Assembly (NCBI GenBank): GCA_017399025.1
Contig: JAFQEK010000115.1
Location: 374-64,373, forward strand
Source of the DNA: Clostridia bacterium
Lineage (GTDB): Bacteria; Bacillota; Clostridia; Oscillospirales; CAG-272
Direction of reading: 5' to 3'
DNA: 64,000 nucleotides
Part shown: piece by piece, positions 9,874 to 21,605 of the stretch
How the letters are laid out: every line of letters begins with the position of its first letter
How positions within the stretch are numbered: position 1 is the stretch's first letter
Translations under genes and position numbers: made by a program
The notes under the pieces: model-generated
Database searches by the model: none
What the model was told of the DNA's origin: nothing
The model's input: only the letters and a program-made list of their open reading frames with translations

Positions 9874-12690
9874 TTATTCCAAAAGTTTCTTTAAATACAG
9901 ACCTGTATAGGAATTTTCGCAAGCTGCCACCTCTTCCGGTGTTCCCGTTGCAACAACCGTACCGCCGCCGTCTCCTCCCTCTGGGCCGAGATCGATGATA
10001 TGGTCCGCCGTTTTGATCACATCCAGATTGTGTTCGATGACAAGCACGGTATTTCCATTCTCGCAAAGACGGTTCAGTACATCAAGCAATTTCGCTACGT
10101 CATCGGAATGCAAACCCGTAGTCGGTTCATCCAGAATATAAATCGTTCGTCCCGTCGCACGCTTGGAAAGCTCGGTTGCCAGCTTCACACGCTGCGCTTC
10201 CCCGCCGGAAAGCGTTGTTGAAGACTGCCCGATCTTGATATAGCCGAGTCCAACGTCATAAAGCGTTTGTAATTTTCTCGCAAGCTTTGGCATATTGGAG
10301 AAGAAAGAAAGTCCCTCCTCCACCGTCATATCCAGGACATCGAAAATATTCTTTCCTTTATAGCGAACCTCCAATGTATCCTGATTGTAGCGTTTTCCGT
10401 GACAGGTATCACAGGTTACATAAACGTCGGGCAAAAAGTGCATTTCAATACAGCGCACACCGTCTCCCTCGCACATTTCACATCTTCCGCCTTTCACATT
10501 GAAAGAAAATCTGCCCGCCGTATAGCCTCTTGCTTTCGCATCGGGTGTCATAGCAAAAAGCTCGCGGATGTCCGTAAACAAACCCGTATAGGTTGCGGGA
10601 TTGGAACGGGGTGTTCTGCCAATGGGACTTTGATCGATGGAAACGACCTTATCCAAATGTTCCAGTCCCTCAATCCGCTTGAATTTTCCCGGATAGGTCT
10701 GCGCACGGTTCAGTTTCTTGGAAAGCTCCCTGAGAAGAACCGCATTCACGAGAGAGGATTTTCCCGAACCGGAAACACCCGTAACGCAAACGAGTTTTCC
10801 GAGAGGAATTTCCACTGTGATATTTTTCAGATTGTTTTCACAAGCACCGACGATCTTCAGTTTTTCGCCGTTTCCCTGTCTTCTCTTTTCGGGAACGGGA
10901 ATTTTCTTTCTTCCCGAAAGATACGCGCCTGTCAAAGAATGTTCGCAAGCCATCACCTGTTCGGGCGTACCCGCCGCAATGACATTGCCTCCGTGAATGC
11001 CCGCACCGGGACCGATATCCACGATATAATCGGAAGCAAGCATGGTTTCTTCGTCATGCTCCACAACGATCACGGTATTTCCCGTATCGCGCAAACGACA
11101 AAGTGTTTCAATCAGCTTTCCGTTATCCCGCTGATGCAATCCGATACTCGGTTCATCCAGAATATACATCACGCCGACAAGAGAAGAGCCGATTTGCGTT
11201 GCCAAACGGATTCTCTGCGCCTCACCGCCCGAAAGTGTGCCTGATTTTCTCCAGAGAGTCAGATAATCCAAACCGACACTTTTCAGAAAACCGAGTCTTG
11301 CACGGATTTCCTTGAGAATTTCCTTTGCAATCTGCTCCTCCGTACGGTCCAGCTTCAATTCATTGAAAAAGTTCAGCGCGCGATCAACGTTAAGAGAACA
11401 AAGCTCATAAATGTTCAAGCCGCCGACAGTCACGGAAAGAATTTCCGGAGAAAGACGTTTTCCCTTACAGGAGGGACAGGGAACAAAATCCATAAACTCA
11501 TTATAGTATTCCCCGCCGGACTGTGTCATACGCATTTCCATAATATTTAAGATGCCATTCCAGGAAGAAAGCGTTTCTCTGCCTTCTCCGCCGAAATAGC
11601 GGGTTGTTCTATATTTTTTTGCGCCCGTTCCGCGTAAGAGCGCGCGCAAGGCTTCTTCCGAATAGTTTTCAAGCGGTGTATCCAGATCAAAACCGTAATC
11701 CCTGCCGACAGCTTCCAACAAAGGTCCGTTCCAGCTTTCTTCACCCATGGTTTTGAATCCGTTGACCGCAATTGCGCCGCCGCGCAGGGAAAGGGAACGG
11801 TCAGGTATGACTTTATGCTCTGCCATCACCTGCATTTCGCCCATCCCTGCACATTTTTCGCATGCGCCGAACGGACTGTTAAAGGAAAACATTCTCGGAG
11901 AAAGTTCTGTCATGCTGATGCCGTGCTCCTCGCAGGCATAATTTTGCGAAAAACGCATTTCCTCTCCTGTATCGGCAAGGGAAACAATGGCAATTCCGCT
12001 TCCCAGCTCCAGTGTCGTTTCCAGCGAATCCGACAAACGGCGGCGAATATCGCTTTTCATCACGAGACGGTCCACGACGATTTCTATAGAATGTTTTTTA
12101 TTTTTATCCAACGCAGGAACTTCATCCAGAGAATAAAGATAGCCATCCACGCGGGCGCGGACATAACCGCCTTTTCTTGCATCCTCAAAAACCTTTTCAT
12201 GCATGCCTTTCTTGCCGAAAACCACGGGGGCAAGAAGCATGAATTTCGTTCTTTCGGGCAATTCCAGAATTTTATCAATGATGGTATCCGTTGACATTTT
12301 TCGGATTTCTTTTCCGCACACGGGACAATGGGGAATACCGATGCGTGCGTAAAGCAAACGTAAATAATCGTAAATTTCCGTTACCGTTCCCACCGTGGAA
12401 CGGGGATTTTTCGAGGTTGTTTTCTGATCAATGGAAATTGCGGGAGAAAGACCGTCAATGAAATCCACATCAGGCTTATCCATCTGTCCGAGGAACTGTC
12501 TTGCATAAGAAGAAAGCGATTCTACAAAGCGGCGATGCCCCTCTGCGTATAGGGTATCAAACGCAAGGGAAGATTTTCCCGAACCGGAAAGACCCGTAAA
12601 AACAATCAGACGGTCACGCGGAATTTCCACGTCAACGTTTTTCAGATTATGCACCCGAGCGCCTTTAATACGGATATATTTTGCAGACAT
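9874..12690 (-). CDS. uvrA: excinuclease ABC subunit UvrA
   Basis: 938 aa with two ABC modules (GLSGSGKSS and GVSGSGKSS Walker A; LSGGEAQR signatures twice). CxxC zinc-finger motifs are present. Confidence 0.97.
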   Translation of the reverse strand: MSAKYIRIKGARVHNLKNVDVEIPRDRLIVFTGLSGSGKSSLAFDTLYAEGHRRFVESLSSYARQFLGQMDKPDVDFIDGLSPAISIDQKTTSKNPRSTVGTVTEIYDYLRLLYARIGIPHCPVCGKEIRKMSTDTIIDKILELPERTKFMLLAPVVFGKKGMHEKVFEDARKGGYVRARVDGYLYSLDEVPALDKNKKHSIEIVVDRLVMKSDIRRRLSDSLETTLELGSGIAIVSLADTGEEMRFSQNYACEEHGISMTELSPRMFSFNSPFGACEKCAGMGEMQVMAEHKVIPDRSLSLRGGAIAVNGFKTMGEESWNGPLLEAVGRDYGFDLDTPLENYSEEALRALLRGTGAKKYRTTRYFGGEGRETLSSWNGILNIMEMRMTQSGGEYYNEFMDFVPCPSCKGKRLSPEILSVTVGGLNIYELCSLNVDRALNFFNELKLDRTEEQIAKEILKEIRARLGFLKSVGLDYLTLWRKSGTLSGGEAQRIRLATQIGSSLVGVMYILDEPSIGLHQRDNGKLIETLCRLRDTGNTVIVVEHDEETMLASDYIVDIGPGAGIHGGNVIAAGTPEQVMACEHSLTGAYLSGRKKIPVPEKRRQGNGEKLKIVGACENNLKNITVEIPLGKLVCVTGVSGSGKSSLVNAVLLRELSKKLNRAQTYPGKFKRIEGLEHLDKVVSIDQSPIGRTPRSNPATYTGLFTDIRELFAMTPDAKARGYTAGRFSFNVKGGRCEMCEGDGVRCIEMHFLPDVYVTCDTCHGKRYNQDTLEVRYKGKNIFDVLDMTVEEGLSFFSNMPKLARKLQTLYDVGLGYIKIGQSSTTLSGGEAQRVKLATELSKRATGRTIYILDEPTTGLHSDDVAKLLDVLNRLCENGNTVLVIEHNLDVIKTADHIIDLGPEGGDGGGTVVATGTPEEVAACENSYTGLYLKKLLE

Positions 12691-12728
12691 AGATTTATTA
12701 TTCCTTTATTATATCATGATTATGAAAT

Positions 12729-14693
12729 TTATTTTTTCAGCTTCGCTATGGTATCTCTCAGATGAGCGGCATGCTCAAAATCGAGTGCGGCGGCGGCTTG
12801 TTTCATTTCTTTGGTCAGCTTTTCAATCAAAGCTTCTCTCTCCGCCTTCGTCATTTTCTTGCTCTTTTTCTCTGCCTTTGCCGTTTCATCACGGGAAGTA
12901 ATCTCAATGATGGAACGGACTTCTTTCTGCACGGTTCGGGGAATGATTCCGTGTGTTTCATTATATGCAGTCTGAATACTTCTGCGCCGTTCGGTTTCCT
13001 TGATGGCGCGCGCCATGGATCCCGTTACCGTATCCGCATACATAATGACCGTTCCTTCCGCATTTCGGGCGGCGCGTCCGATGGTTTGTACCAGAGATGT
13101 TTCCGAACGCAAAAAACCTTCCTTATCGGCATCCAGTATGGCAACCAGGGAAACTTCGGGAATATCCAACCCCTCTCGGAGCAGATTGATACCGATCAGC
13201 ACATCAAATACACCGAGGCGAAGATCGCGGATCAGCTCCTGCCGTTCCATCGTTTCCACATTGTGATGGATATAACGAACCTTGATCAGGTTCATTTCCA
13301 GATATTCGCAGATATCCTCTGCCATCTTTTTTGTCAGAGTAGTTACAAGAACGCGCTCATTTCTCTGTGCGCGTACACGGATTTCACCCATCAGATCATC
13401 GATCTGTCCTTTGACGGGGCGGATTTCCACTTTCGGATCCACAAGTCCCGTAGGACGGATGATCTGTTCCACAAGCTGTGTCGCGTGCTCCCTTTCATAA
13501 TCTCCGGGAGTTGCGCTGACATAGATCGTCTGATTCAGTTTGGATTCAAATTCAGGGAAAAACAGAGGGCGGTTATCGTATGCCGACGGCAAACGGAAAC
13601 CGAAATCCACAAGATTTTTCTTTCTTGCGAAATCTCCGCCGCTCATACCCTTTACCTGCGGAAGCGTTACGTGAGATTCATCGATGAAAAGAAGAAAATC
13701 TTCGGGGAAATAATCCAAAAGTGTATACGGTGTGGAACCGGGTGCTCTGCCTGAAAGTACGCGGGAATAGTTTTCAACACCCGAACAGAAACCGACTTCG
13801 CGGAGCATTTCCATATCGTATTTCGTTCTTTCCGCAATCCGCTGTGCTTCAATCAATTTTCCTTCGGCTTGAAATTCCGCTACGCGGTCCAACATTTCGC
13901 ACTCAATTTCACGGATAGCGGCTTCCTTTTTTTCCTCCGATGTTGCATAGTGGGATGCAGGATAGATCGCCGCATAACTGAGTACGCCGAGAATTTCACC
14001 CGTAACCGTATTGATCTCACAGATACGGTCGATTTCATCACCGAAAAATTCCACGCGGATGGCAGATTTTCCCGAAGCGGGCATGATATCAAAAACATCG
14101 CCGCGGATACGGAACTTATCACGTTCCAGAGAGATATCGTTTCTGCTGTACTGAATGGCAATCAATCGAAGCGCCAATTCTTCCATGGAAATCTGCATAC
14201 CTGGACGGAGCGCAAGAACAAGCTTCTGATATTCCGCGGGATCGCCGAGCGAATAAATGCAGGAAACGCTGGAAACGATAATCACGTCCCGCCGTTCAAA
14301 TAAAGAAGAGGTCGCGCTGTGACGCAAGCGGTCAATTTCATCATTGACCGAGGAGTCTTTTTCAATATAAAGGTCTTTGCCCGGGATATAAGCTTCGGGC
14401 TGATAATAATCGTAATAAGAGACGAAATATTCCACGGCATTTTCGGGAAAAAATTCACGAAATTCCGAACAAAGCTGCGCCGCCAGGGTTTTGTTGTGCG
14501 CAAGCACGAGAGTCGGGCGGTTGCATTTTGCAATGATATTCGCCATGGTAAAGGTTTTACCGGATCCGGTAACGCCAACCAGCGCCTGTGCGCGGTCTCC
14601 GCGTAAAACACCTTTTGTCAAAGCTTCGATGGCTTCCGGCTGATCGCCCGTAGGCTGATAAGAGGAAACCAGCTTAAAGCAGGAGTTCGACAT
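12729..14693 (-). CDS. uvrB: excinuclease ABC subunit UvrB
   Basis: 654 aa with GVTGSGKT Walker A, a DESH box, and a C-terminal UVR domain ([19 protein letters not shown]). Confidence 0.97.
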   Translation of the reverse strand: MSNSCFKLVSSYQPTGDQPEAIEALTKGVLRGDRAQALVGVTGSGKTFTMANIIAKCNRPTLVLAHNKTLAAQLCSEFREFFPENAVEYFVSYYDYYQPEAYIPGKDLYIEKDSSVNDEIDRLRHSATSSLFERRDVIIVSSVSCIYSLGDPAEYQKLVLALRPGMQISMEELALRLIAIQYSRNDISLERDKFRIRGDVFDIMPASGKSAIRVEFFGDEIDRICEINTVTGEILGVLSYAAIYPASHYATSEEKKEAAIREIECEMLDRVAEFQAEGKLIEAQRIAERTKYDMEMLREVGFCSGVENYSRVLSGRAPGSTPYTLLDYFPEDFLLFIDESHVTLPQVKGMSGGDFARKKNLVDFGFRLPSAYDNRPLFFPEFESKLNQTIYVSATPGDYEREHATQLVEQIIRPTGLVDPKVEIRPVKGQIDDLMGEIRVRAQRNERVLVTTLTKKMAEDICEYLEMNLIKVRYIHHNVETMERQELIRDLRLGVFDVLIGINLLREGLDIPEVSLVAILDADKEGFLRSETSLVQTIGRAARNAEGTVIMYADTVTGSMARAIKETERRRSIQTAYNETHGIIPRTVQKEVRSIIEITSRDETAKAEKKSKKMTKAEREALIEKLTKEMKQAAAALDFEHAAHLRDTIAKLKK

Positions 14694-14800
14694 CGTAATC
14701 CTCCGTTTCGCTTATAGTTATAAACAGATATTCATTTTATTATATCACAGGAAAAGCTTTTTTTCAATAGATTATGGCCAAAAGATTTGATTTTTCATGA

Positions 14801-14842
14801 AAAAAAGTACAAAAGCGATGACTCCCGCTTTTGTACTTTTTT
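14801..14842. terminator. bidirectional terminator (ends the ABC operon)
   Basis: GTACAAAAGCG / CGCTTTTGTAC stem flanked by an A6 run and a T6 run. Confidence 0.7.
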
Positions 14843-14856
14843 ATATATTTTGAAAA

Positions 14857-15627
14857 TCACAATTGCTTTTTATTGAATATCGGTATACTGAAAGAAAAGC
14901 AGAGCAAAGCAGATACCACCGCAATCCCAAGCGCCGCCATGTACTTTTCCGTTTCCGCAATACCGAAAATCAAAGAATTTCCGTCAGTCAAAAAGGTTGG
15001 TAAATATCTGCTGATTTTGGGAAGCAATCCAATCAGATAAGAGATTAGAACAACGCTTCCCGTTCCCAGAAGCACGCCCGTATTGGCATTGGTAACAACG
15101 GAAAACAGAATCATCAACGCAATCACCCATACGCCGAACAGCCACCAGCAGACTGCGGAAAACACAGGATTCCGCACCGTCGAATGATCCCAGAAATATG
15201 CGTTATACGCGTATGTGATTCCAAAGCAAAGCCAATATCCCGCAGTCCAGAGCGTAAAAAGAACTGCTGATTTGGAGACCACAACATGAAAACGTTCCAA
15301 GCCTCTCGTCAGGGAAAGCACCAACGTACCGGATGCATATTCTTTGGTAAAAATACTGCTTTGAAGCACGACGAAGGCAATCAATGCCATCGGGACGTTT
15401 TTATAAAATTGCATCCAGGAATCCAGTGCGCTTACGGTAACCTCGGTAACCGTCATGCCGCTTCCCTCCAACGATTCCGCAAACATTTCAAGCAGCCAAG
15501 GCGTCAGCTTTGCAATAGCCGGATTCATGATTCCGAAAAGGACGAACAGAATGCCGAGAATCAACAATCTGCCCGAACGAAGCTGTTCCGTCATTTCCTT
15601 TTTCATAAAGGCATGTAAGGATTTCAT
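14857..15627 (-). CDS. ABC-2 type transporter permease
   Basis: Six hydrophobic segments. Its ATG overlaps the stop of the upstream ATPase gene (ATGA). Start chosen at MKSLHAFMKKE. Confidence 0.7.
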   Translation of the reverse strand: MKSLHAFMKKEMTEQLRSGRLLILGILFVLFGIMNPAIAKLTPWLLEMFAESLEGSGMTVTEVTVSALDSWMQFYKNVPMALIAFVVLQSSIFTKEYASGTLVLSLTRGLERFHVVVSKSAVLFTLWTAGYWLCFGITYAYNAYFWDHSTVRNPVFSAVCWWLFGVWVIALMILFSVVTNANTGVLLGTGSVVLISYLIGLLPKISRYLPTFLTDGNSLIFGIAETEKYMAALGIAVVSALLCFSFSIPIFNKKQL

Positions 15628-16526
15628 TTTCTCGTCACCTCCATAAACAGGGATTCCAGCGTAGGCTCTTCTCGCTCCCATTTCAGAAGGGAAATTTTCC
15701 GATCCGCAAGAAAACGCAAAACAACCTCTGCGGCGTAATCGTTTGCAGAAAACACAACTTGATTTTGACCAACAGATTTCATCTGCGGAAAAGCTTTGCG
15801 AAGAATGGTGATATCCGTTTCTCTTTCCGTTTCCAAACGGTATTCTTCCCTGCGGTATCTCATTTTCATTTCGGAAAGCTTTCCCTGTATTTTCGCCGCG
15901 CCGTTATTAAGAAAAGCCACGTCGGTACAAATCCTCTCCACATCCGAAAGAATATGTGTGGAAAAAAGCACCGTTGTCTGTTTCCTGACGGCAAGCAGAA
16001 TATCCAGAATTTCTTTTCTGCCTACGGGGTCCAGCGCAGAGGTGGGTTCATCGCAAATCAAAAGCTTCGGTCTGTGCAGAAGCGCTTGCGCTATGCCGAG
16101 CCGTTGCTTCATCCCCCGCGAAAAGCCCTTGATGCGATGCGTTTCCTCTCCGAGTCCCACCAAATCCAGAAGCTCTTTACAACGGCTCTCGTTTTCCGCT
16201 TTTTTCATTCCGCAGATCTCACCGCAGAATCTGAGATATTCCCGCGCAGTCATAAACGGATAAAATTCAGGCACGTCGGGGAGATAACCGATATAACGAT
16301 TCGTTGCGGTTTGTCCGTAAACCACATGCTCGCCGTTTACCGTGATCTCTCCCGCATCCGCTTGTAAAAGTCCAAGCACGGTTTTCATTGCCGTTGTCTT
16401 GCCCGCACCGTTTTTTCCGATAAATCCATAGATGCTATGCTCCGGTACGGAAAGATGAAGTCCGCGCAAAACTTCTTTTTCCCCAAAACGTTTATGCAGA
16501 TCACCAATGCGGAGCATATCCATCAC
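15624..16526 (-). CDS. ABC transporter ATP-binding protein
   Basis: Walker A GKNGAGKTT, signature FSRGMKQRL, Walker B LLICDEPTSALD. Confidence 0.9.
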   Translation of the reverse strand: MMDMLRIGDLHKRFGEKEVLRGLHLSVPEHSIYGFIGKNGAGKTTAMKTVLGLLQADAGEITVNGEHVVYGQTATNRYIGYLPDVPEFYPFMTAREYLRFCGEICGMKKAENESRCKELLDLVGLGEETHRIKGFSRGMKQRLGIAQALLHRPKLLICDEPTSALDPVGRKEILDILLAVRKQTTVLFSTHILSDVERICTDVAFLNNGAAKIQGKLSEMKMRYRREEYRLETERETDITILRKAFPQMKSVGQNQVVFSANDYAAEVVLRFLADRKISLLKWEREEPTLESLFMEVTRK

Positions 16527-16726
16527 GCATCCTCCTTACCGAACAGAAAATAAAGAACCGGACCGACAAAATTCATCAGCAAGACCGTAATGAGAATCCA
16601 AAGCGTACGGGTTCCGCGCTTATAGCTTTCGTGCGTAAGAATATGATACAGCGTATAGCCAAGCAAAGCAAATTCCGCAATGACAAGAGGAATCAGAAAC
16701 GGCAGAAATTCCATCACCTTATCCAT
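16523..16726 (-). CDS. small PLDc_N-type (cardiolipin synthase N-terminal-like) membrane protein
   Basis: About 67 aa with two TM segments and the WILITVLLMNFVGPVLYFLFG motif. Overlaps both neighbouring genes. Confidence 0.6.
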   Translation of the reverse strand: MDKVMEFLPFLIPLVIAEFALLGYTLYHILTHESYKRGTRTLWILITVLLMNFVGPVLYFLFGKEDA

Positions 16727-17456
16727 GATTTTTCTCCTCCTTTTCTGCGTATATTTCAATGCAAAGACCCTTTCGTCCGCAATTCGGACAGGTCAGACGG
16801 CGCATTCTCGGGGTATGATATGCCCAAAAGGATTCCTTGAAACGAGGCTTGAATACCGTATGGCATTCGGGACAAATATAATCCACGTGTCTGAAATAAT
16901 ACACGGAAGCCCAAACGCCCCATAGAATTGCAATTCCTGCCCAGACAACAAATAGCCACCAAAAACCGTTCATAATCCACAATACGATGGACACACATTG
17001 CAAAATGCTCACGGGGAGGCCCGAAAGGATCATGCTCCATCTCATTCCGGAGAGTTTATTTTTTTGTTTCATTATGTGCGCTATATCGCCGATAGATTCA
17101 ACGGAAAAATTCGGAATCTCTTTCACCTCACGCTGAATGCCTTCCAGAAGCTCAAGCTTTTTCTGACACTCACAAAGCTCCCCGCGCAAGCTTTTCTCCT
17201 GCTCCTCCAACAGCACCGAAATAATATTTTCGGGATTTTTCTCCGCAAACAACGCGGATATGCTGTTGATGGGAAGCCCTGCCTCACGCAAAAAGCAAAT
17301 GATGTGCATACGCTTCAGATCGTCCTCTGTATAGAGTCTGCGGCCTCCTTCGGAAAGCTCACTCGGAATGAGAATGCCTCGGTTATCATAATACTGGACC
17401 GTCCTCACCGAAACACCGCAAAGCTTCGCAATCTCTCCCGTTGTGTATTTTGACAT
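16719..17456 (-). CDS. MerR-family transcriptional regulator fused to two TM helices and a C-terminal CxxC...CxxC zinc ribbon
   Basis: N-terminal MerR HTH: YTTGEIAKLCGVSVRTVQYYDNRGIL. A coiled-coil linker follows, then hydrophobic segments (PVSILQCVSIVLWIMNGFWWLFVVWAGIAILWGVWASVYYF). The protein ends with CPECH...CPNCG. Confidence 0.85.
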   Translation of the reverse strand: MSKYTTGEIAKLCGVSVRTVQYYDNRGILIPSELSEGGRRLYTEDDLKRMHIICFLREAGLPINSISALFAEKNPENIISVLLEEQEKSLRGELCECQKKLELLEGIQREVKEIPNFSVESIGDIAHIMKQKNKLSGMRWSMILSGLPVSILQCVSIVLWIMNGFWWLFVVWAGIAILWGVWASVYYFRHVDYICPECHTVFKPRFKESFWAYHTPRMRRLTCPNCGRKGLCIEIYAEKEEKNHG

Positions 17457-17478
17457 AGCAAATCACCTCCTTGACTTC

Positions 17479-17509
17479 ATTTTACAGCATTACGCGGCGT
17501 AACCAGCAA
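17479..17509 (-). promoter_or_regulatory. MerR-type promoter with 19-bp spacer containing a palindrome
   Basis: Minus strand reads TTGCTG, a 19-nt spacer GTTACGCCGCGTAATGCTG, then TAAAAT. The spacer holds the palindrome TTACGC-C-GCGTAA. The overlong spacer is the MerR hallmark. Confidence 0.6.
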
Positions 17510-17671
17510 TACCTTACGCAGGGGTATTTTTTAAAAAATTCCCTTTTTACCGTTTTTTATTTTGGGAACAATCTCCTTTTCGTTCCGAAAAACGTAAGGA
17601 CTGACCTTTCAGCCAGTCCTTATATGCATTTCGATTACATGTTCTATTCCGGATATCTCCGGCCAAGGCTT

Positions 17672-19960
17672 TTACGCTTTTTTGCCAAGCTTCACTTCAA
17701 CCTTGAAGGTCTTGCCGGCAACGGGAGCAATGATATTGCCTTCAATCGGTTCGCCGTCAACGGTAATACCGAGAACGTCGGAGCCTTCGCCATCACAGGT
17801 GAAATGAATATCAAATGTGCAATCGCGCATAACCTTTACGATGCTGCATTCATTCCAACAGAGCGGCAGGCAGGGATCAATGCGAAGTCCTTCGATTTCG
17901 GGATGCATACCGAAAATAAATTCAACCACGCTCTTGAGCATCCAGGAGCTGGAAGCCGTACGCCAGCTCTGACCGGGTGTACCTGCGCGATAGCCGACTT
18001 CGGGAGCGAAGTAGGAGTTATACATCGCGTAAGGTTCGCCACAGGTCTGACCGACGGTGCCGTCATCATAAGTCTGATCCCAGGGAAGCATCTTGCGGAG
18101 CCCTTCTTCCACGCGGTCGGGACGTTTGAGAATACTGTCAACCGCAAGCTTCCATGCGGAGGGATGGAGGTAAATGCCGCCGTTATCCTGTACGCCGGGG
18201 AATTTTTCAGCCATAGAGCCGATGTAAGGTCTCTGATAAGAGTAAGCGGGGTAAGAAAGACGGATACCAATGGGGGTTTCGAGAAGCTCTTCTGCTTTGT
18301 CCATTACAGCAGCTCCCTTTTCCATTCCCGCGAGAACTGCCCAGAGCTGAGGATTGAGGAAGATCTTGCCTTCATCGCATTCGGAGGAGCCCATGATGAT
18401 ATCATCATCGGTGCGGGCGTAAATATAGTAACCGCCCTTTTCGTCATAACCGTATTTTTCAATCTTATCCGTCATATCCGCAACACGTTCCATTGCAAGC
18501 TTTGCATCGTCTTCTTTACCAAGCATACGCGCAACCTCAGCAAACATCTTGCCGGCACGTACCCAAGCGATGGAAAGCCATACGGAAACACCCTTGCCCT
18601 TGATTCCGGCAAAGTTGATACAGTCGTTCCAGTCGCCGCCCCAGATACGAATCAAACCATAATTACCTTGGAAATTATAAAGAAAGTCAACGGAGCGTTT
18701 GATATGTTCGTAAACGGAAAATTCTTCTTCGGTATCGTTGAATTTTACTTTTTCGTACAAAAGATTCGGATCACCGAGCTCCTTGATGATGGTGTTCACG
18801 GCATAGGTCATCCAAACGGTATTATCCGCGAAATTGTTATCCTTGATTCTGCCGTCGGAGAAGGTACGGGGTGCGTAACCGCTCTGATACTGATAGGTAA
18901 GCACGCGTTTCATTCTTTCCCATGCAAGCTTCGGATTGAAGCAGCCGAGACATTCCGTATCGCTGGTCATATCACGGTAGCCGTTATGACGGACACGCGC
19001 CCAACGGGAACCCATGTGCGCCGCATATTTCATCCAGCCGTTGATAAGATGGTCAAAGTTTTCCCAAGGCGTTTTGATGGAAACACCGGAAAGATCTGCG
19101 GCATATTTTGCTTTCATCGCTTCGAAATCCGCTTCCACACCGATTGCCGTGGGAGAAACGATTTCTTCCGTATCAATGGCAACACCCACACGGAAATGCG
19201 CGGTTTTTGTTTCACCGGGCGCAAGGGTGATTGTGTTCTGCAAAGCAAGACAAAGCTTTTCGGAGTTGGCATCGCTGTTTGTACAGCCTTTATTTTTGCG
19301 GAGTGCAACGGGAGTCTGTTCATCACCGAACGGACCGATAAACGCATTTCTTCTTGCATCGAAGCCGGTGATTTCTTCGGAAGCAGTCATATAGCACCAG
19401 ACCTTACGTTTTTTATCGGAGCCGTAAGGACGGTAATCCTTTGCGAAAACGGCTTTCTTATCTTCCATGAAGCCGCCCTGTCCAAGGCTGTAACACTGGG
19501 GCTTATACGCACCGTCAACCTCTGTTTTTCCGTAAGCAACGAGATTCAGCGTGCGCGCGGTATCGCCGTTATTCGTGAGCGTTACGCTCCAGAACTCGTG
19601 TCTGCCCTCGTTGGGAACGAAAATACGAACGGCACTTGCAATATCCTTATAAGTCAAGCGAACAGTGGAAAAACCGGTTGCATGGTCGCATGCGTAATCC
19701 GTATAACCGTAATCCATCGGCAAACCGAACAAGCTCCAGTAAGCATCCTTTTCCGCAACAAAAATATTTCTGTTGGAAAGAAGCTGTACTCTTCTGCCCA
19801 TGATATCCTGACAAACCGCTTCGCCGAAACCAACCTGAGAAGTGAAGCTTACATATTCATCGTTGAACATGTAGTTATACCAATGACGGGGCGTTTCGGG
19901 CTCCGTGATGGTATAGGAATTGTCTGCGTTAAAATGACCGTACCATTTGAATTCTGCCAT
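17672..19960 (-). CDS. GH94-family glycoside phosphorylase (cellobiose/chitobiose phosphorylase-like)
   Basis: The N-terminus YTITEPETPRHWYNYMFND resembles the cellobiose phosphorylase N-terminus. A catalytic-region-like GGDWNDCINFAG motif is present. ~760 aa. Confidence 0.75.
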   Translation of the reverse strand: MAEFKWYGHFNADNSYTITEPETPRHWYNYMFNDEYVSFTSQVGFGEAVCQDIMGRRVQLLSNRNIFVAEKDAYWSLFGLPMDYGYTDYACDHATGFSTVRLTYKDIASAVRIFVPNEGRHEFWSVTLTNNGDTARTLNLVAYGKTEVDGAYKPQCYSLGQGGFMEDKKAVFAKDYRPYGSDKKRKVWCYMTASEEITGFDARRNAFIGPFGDEQTPVALRKNKGCTNSDANSEKLCLALQNTITLAPGETKTAHFRVGVAIDTEEIVSPTAIGVEADFEAMKAKYAADLSGVSIKTPWENFDHLINGWMKYAAHMGSRWARVRHNGYRDMTSDTECLGCFNPKLAWERMKRVLTYQYQSGYAPRTFSDGRIKDNNFADNTVWMTYAVNTIIKELGDPNLLYEKVKFNDTEEEFSVYEHIKRSVDFLYNFQGNYGLIRIWGGDWNDCINFAGIKGKGVSVWLSIAWVRAGKMFAEVARMLGKEDDAKLAMERVADMTDKIEKYGYDEKGGYYIYARTDDDIIMGSSECDEGKIFLNPQLWAVLAGMEKGAAVMDKAEELLETPIGIRLSYPAYSYQRPYIGSMAEKFPGVQDNGGIYLHPSAWKLAVDSILKRPDRVEEGLRKMLPWDQTYDDGTVGQTCGEPYAMYNSYFAPEVGYRAGTPGQSWRTASSSWMLKSVVEFIFGMHPEIEGLRIDPCLPLCWNECSIVKVMRDCTFDIHFTCDGEGSDVLGITVDGEPIEGNIIAPVAGKTFKVEVKLGKKA

Positions 19961-20050
19961 AACAAAAACCAAACCTTTCTGAAAAAATGATATATAAATT
20001 TTAATTTTTCCGAATGATGAGCGTTTGTATCCGTGCGAGTACGTTTTGAT

Positions 20051-21250
20051 TTAATTCCAATACGGCAAATACTGTCTGGGATCCGTGGTTACGTAAACAT
20101 CTCCCTTTTTCACGCGAATCTCAAAATGCAGATGGGTACCCGCGTAAGGCTTCCCTGCTGTGGGAGCGGGATTGACTCTGCCAGTATTTCCGCTGTAACC
20201 GATGATCTCTCCGCCCGAAACCGTATCGCCGACGGAAACCGTCCTGCTTTTGAGATGCGCGTAATAGGACCGCATACCGTTATCATGCTCGATCACAACA
20301 TAGGTTCCGTACGTCCAGAGAATATTATCCTTTGAGAAATATCCCTCGTCATATGCGGCAATAACCTTACCGCCCCTGATCGCGCAGATCGCATCTCCGT
20401 ACCATACGCCGAAATCCAACGCTCTGTGGGTACTGCTGAAGCTCTGCGTAACCGGATAATTATATCCGCCGTGCGCCGCATCCAAAAACGGCATATAAAA
20501 CGCCTGCTCCTTCGTTCCGACGACAATTACTTTATCAACGGGAGCGTAAGTTTTTTCGGAAACACATTCTCTGCCGATTTCATTTCCTTTATAATATGTA
20601 ATACGGTAAGTCGATTCCGTATAGCCGTCCGAGCCGTGCGTTTTGATCTGCGTTATGCCCGCTTCCAATGTGCTGTCGTACTCATAACGTGTTACAAAGG
20701 AAATCATGTTTTCTATTCGAGTTTCCGTTTTCTCTGTGTAGGATGGTTTTGTTCCGACAATGATTTCCTTTGATATCGGCTCCGTAACCGTAAAAGAGAT
20801 TCTTTCTCTGGAAATTTCCTCTCCGTTTTCGTAAATCACGCGATAGACGGAAACCGTATAACCGTCCGAACCTTCCTTCAGCACAATATTTTCATCGTCA
20901 TAAAGATTTTCATCATAAATATAATGAACATCAAACGGAATCTCATTCTCTGTTATGCTTATGATCTGCTCTGTCCTGTCCGGCGCTGCCGAATCCTCAG
21001 GTATTTCCGTTTCCGTCGTTGCCGAAGTTCCCTCTGTCACCGAAGCTGAAGTATCGGAAAATGTCGTTTCTCCTTGATCGGGGTTGAGAGAGGTCGTCGT
21101 GTCCTCCGTAGATTGATAAAGCGGAGGAAGGTCGGGGAGTTCGGAATGATCGGCACAGGATGTCAGCGTAAGGGTTGCCGCAAGGGCTGCTGCGGAAAGG
21201 AAGATCGCCTTTTTTTCACGTCTTCCGAAAGAATTGTCATGGAATTTCAT
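20051..21250 (-). CDS. M23-family metallopeptidase lipoprotein with two G5 domains
   Basis: Lipobox LTLTSC. Two G5-like repeats end in IIVGTKP and VIVVGTKE. The C-terminal LytM domain has HRALDF and GTHLHFEIRV. Confidence 0.85.
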   Translation of the reverse strand: MKFHDNSFGRREKKAIFLSAAALAATLTLTSCADHSELPDLPPLYQSTEDTTTSLNPDQGETTFSDTSASVTEGTSATTETEIPEDSAAPDRTEQIISITENEIPFDVHYIYDENLYDDENIVLKEGSDGYTVSVYRVIYENGEEISRERISFTVTEPISKEIIVGTKPSYTEKTETRIENMISFVTRYEYDSTLEAGITQIKTHGSDGYTESTYRITYYKGNEIGRECVSEKTYAPVDKVIVVGTKEQAFYMPFLDAAHGGYNYPVTQSFSSTHRALDFGVWYGDAICAIRGGKVIAAYDEGYFSKDNILWTYGTYVVIEHDNGMRSYYAHLKSRTVSVGDTVSGGEIIGYSGNTGRVNPAPTAGKPYAGTHLHFEIRVKKGDVYVTTDPRQYLPYWN

Positions 21251-21519
21251 CTTTGGTAAGTTCTCCTTTTTTTGTATTGATGAGACAATTATAAACCTTA
21301 AAAACGCTTTCATCAATGCAAAATGATTTCCTCTCAAGAAATAACTTTCCAAAATGATTCATTTGTTTCACTTCAAAGATTTCCATGGAAGCAACCGCCA
21401 AGGAAATTTTTGATCAGAAAAACGGCATCCGTTTCCATAACGTGTTTTTTCGCACTTATACAATTTCATTATACCTTATTCTGCGGAAATATTCAACAGA
21501 AAATCAAAATTTTTCTTTC

Positions 21520-21567
21520 CCGAAAAAGAAAAAAGTCCCGAAAACCTTTTCATCGGTTTTCGGGACT
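21520..21567 (-). terminator. terminator of the PPIase gene
   Basis: AGTCCCGAAAACC / GGTTTTCGGGACT stem followed by a T-run on the minus strand. Confidence 0.7.
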
Positions 21568-21605
21568 GCTTTTCGCTTACAAAAACAAGCCGAAAATTCT
21601 GTTGC

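Noticed and set aside
17471-19990. 839-aa ORF on the plus strand
   Set aside because: It is entirely antisense to the GH94 phosphorylase gene, which has clear family motifs. Its own sequence is low-complexity (F/R/C/I-rich) with no recognisable motif or RBS.
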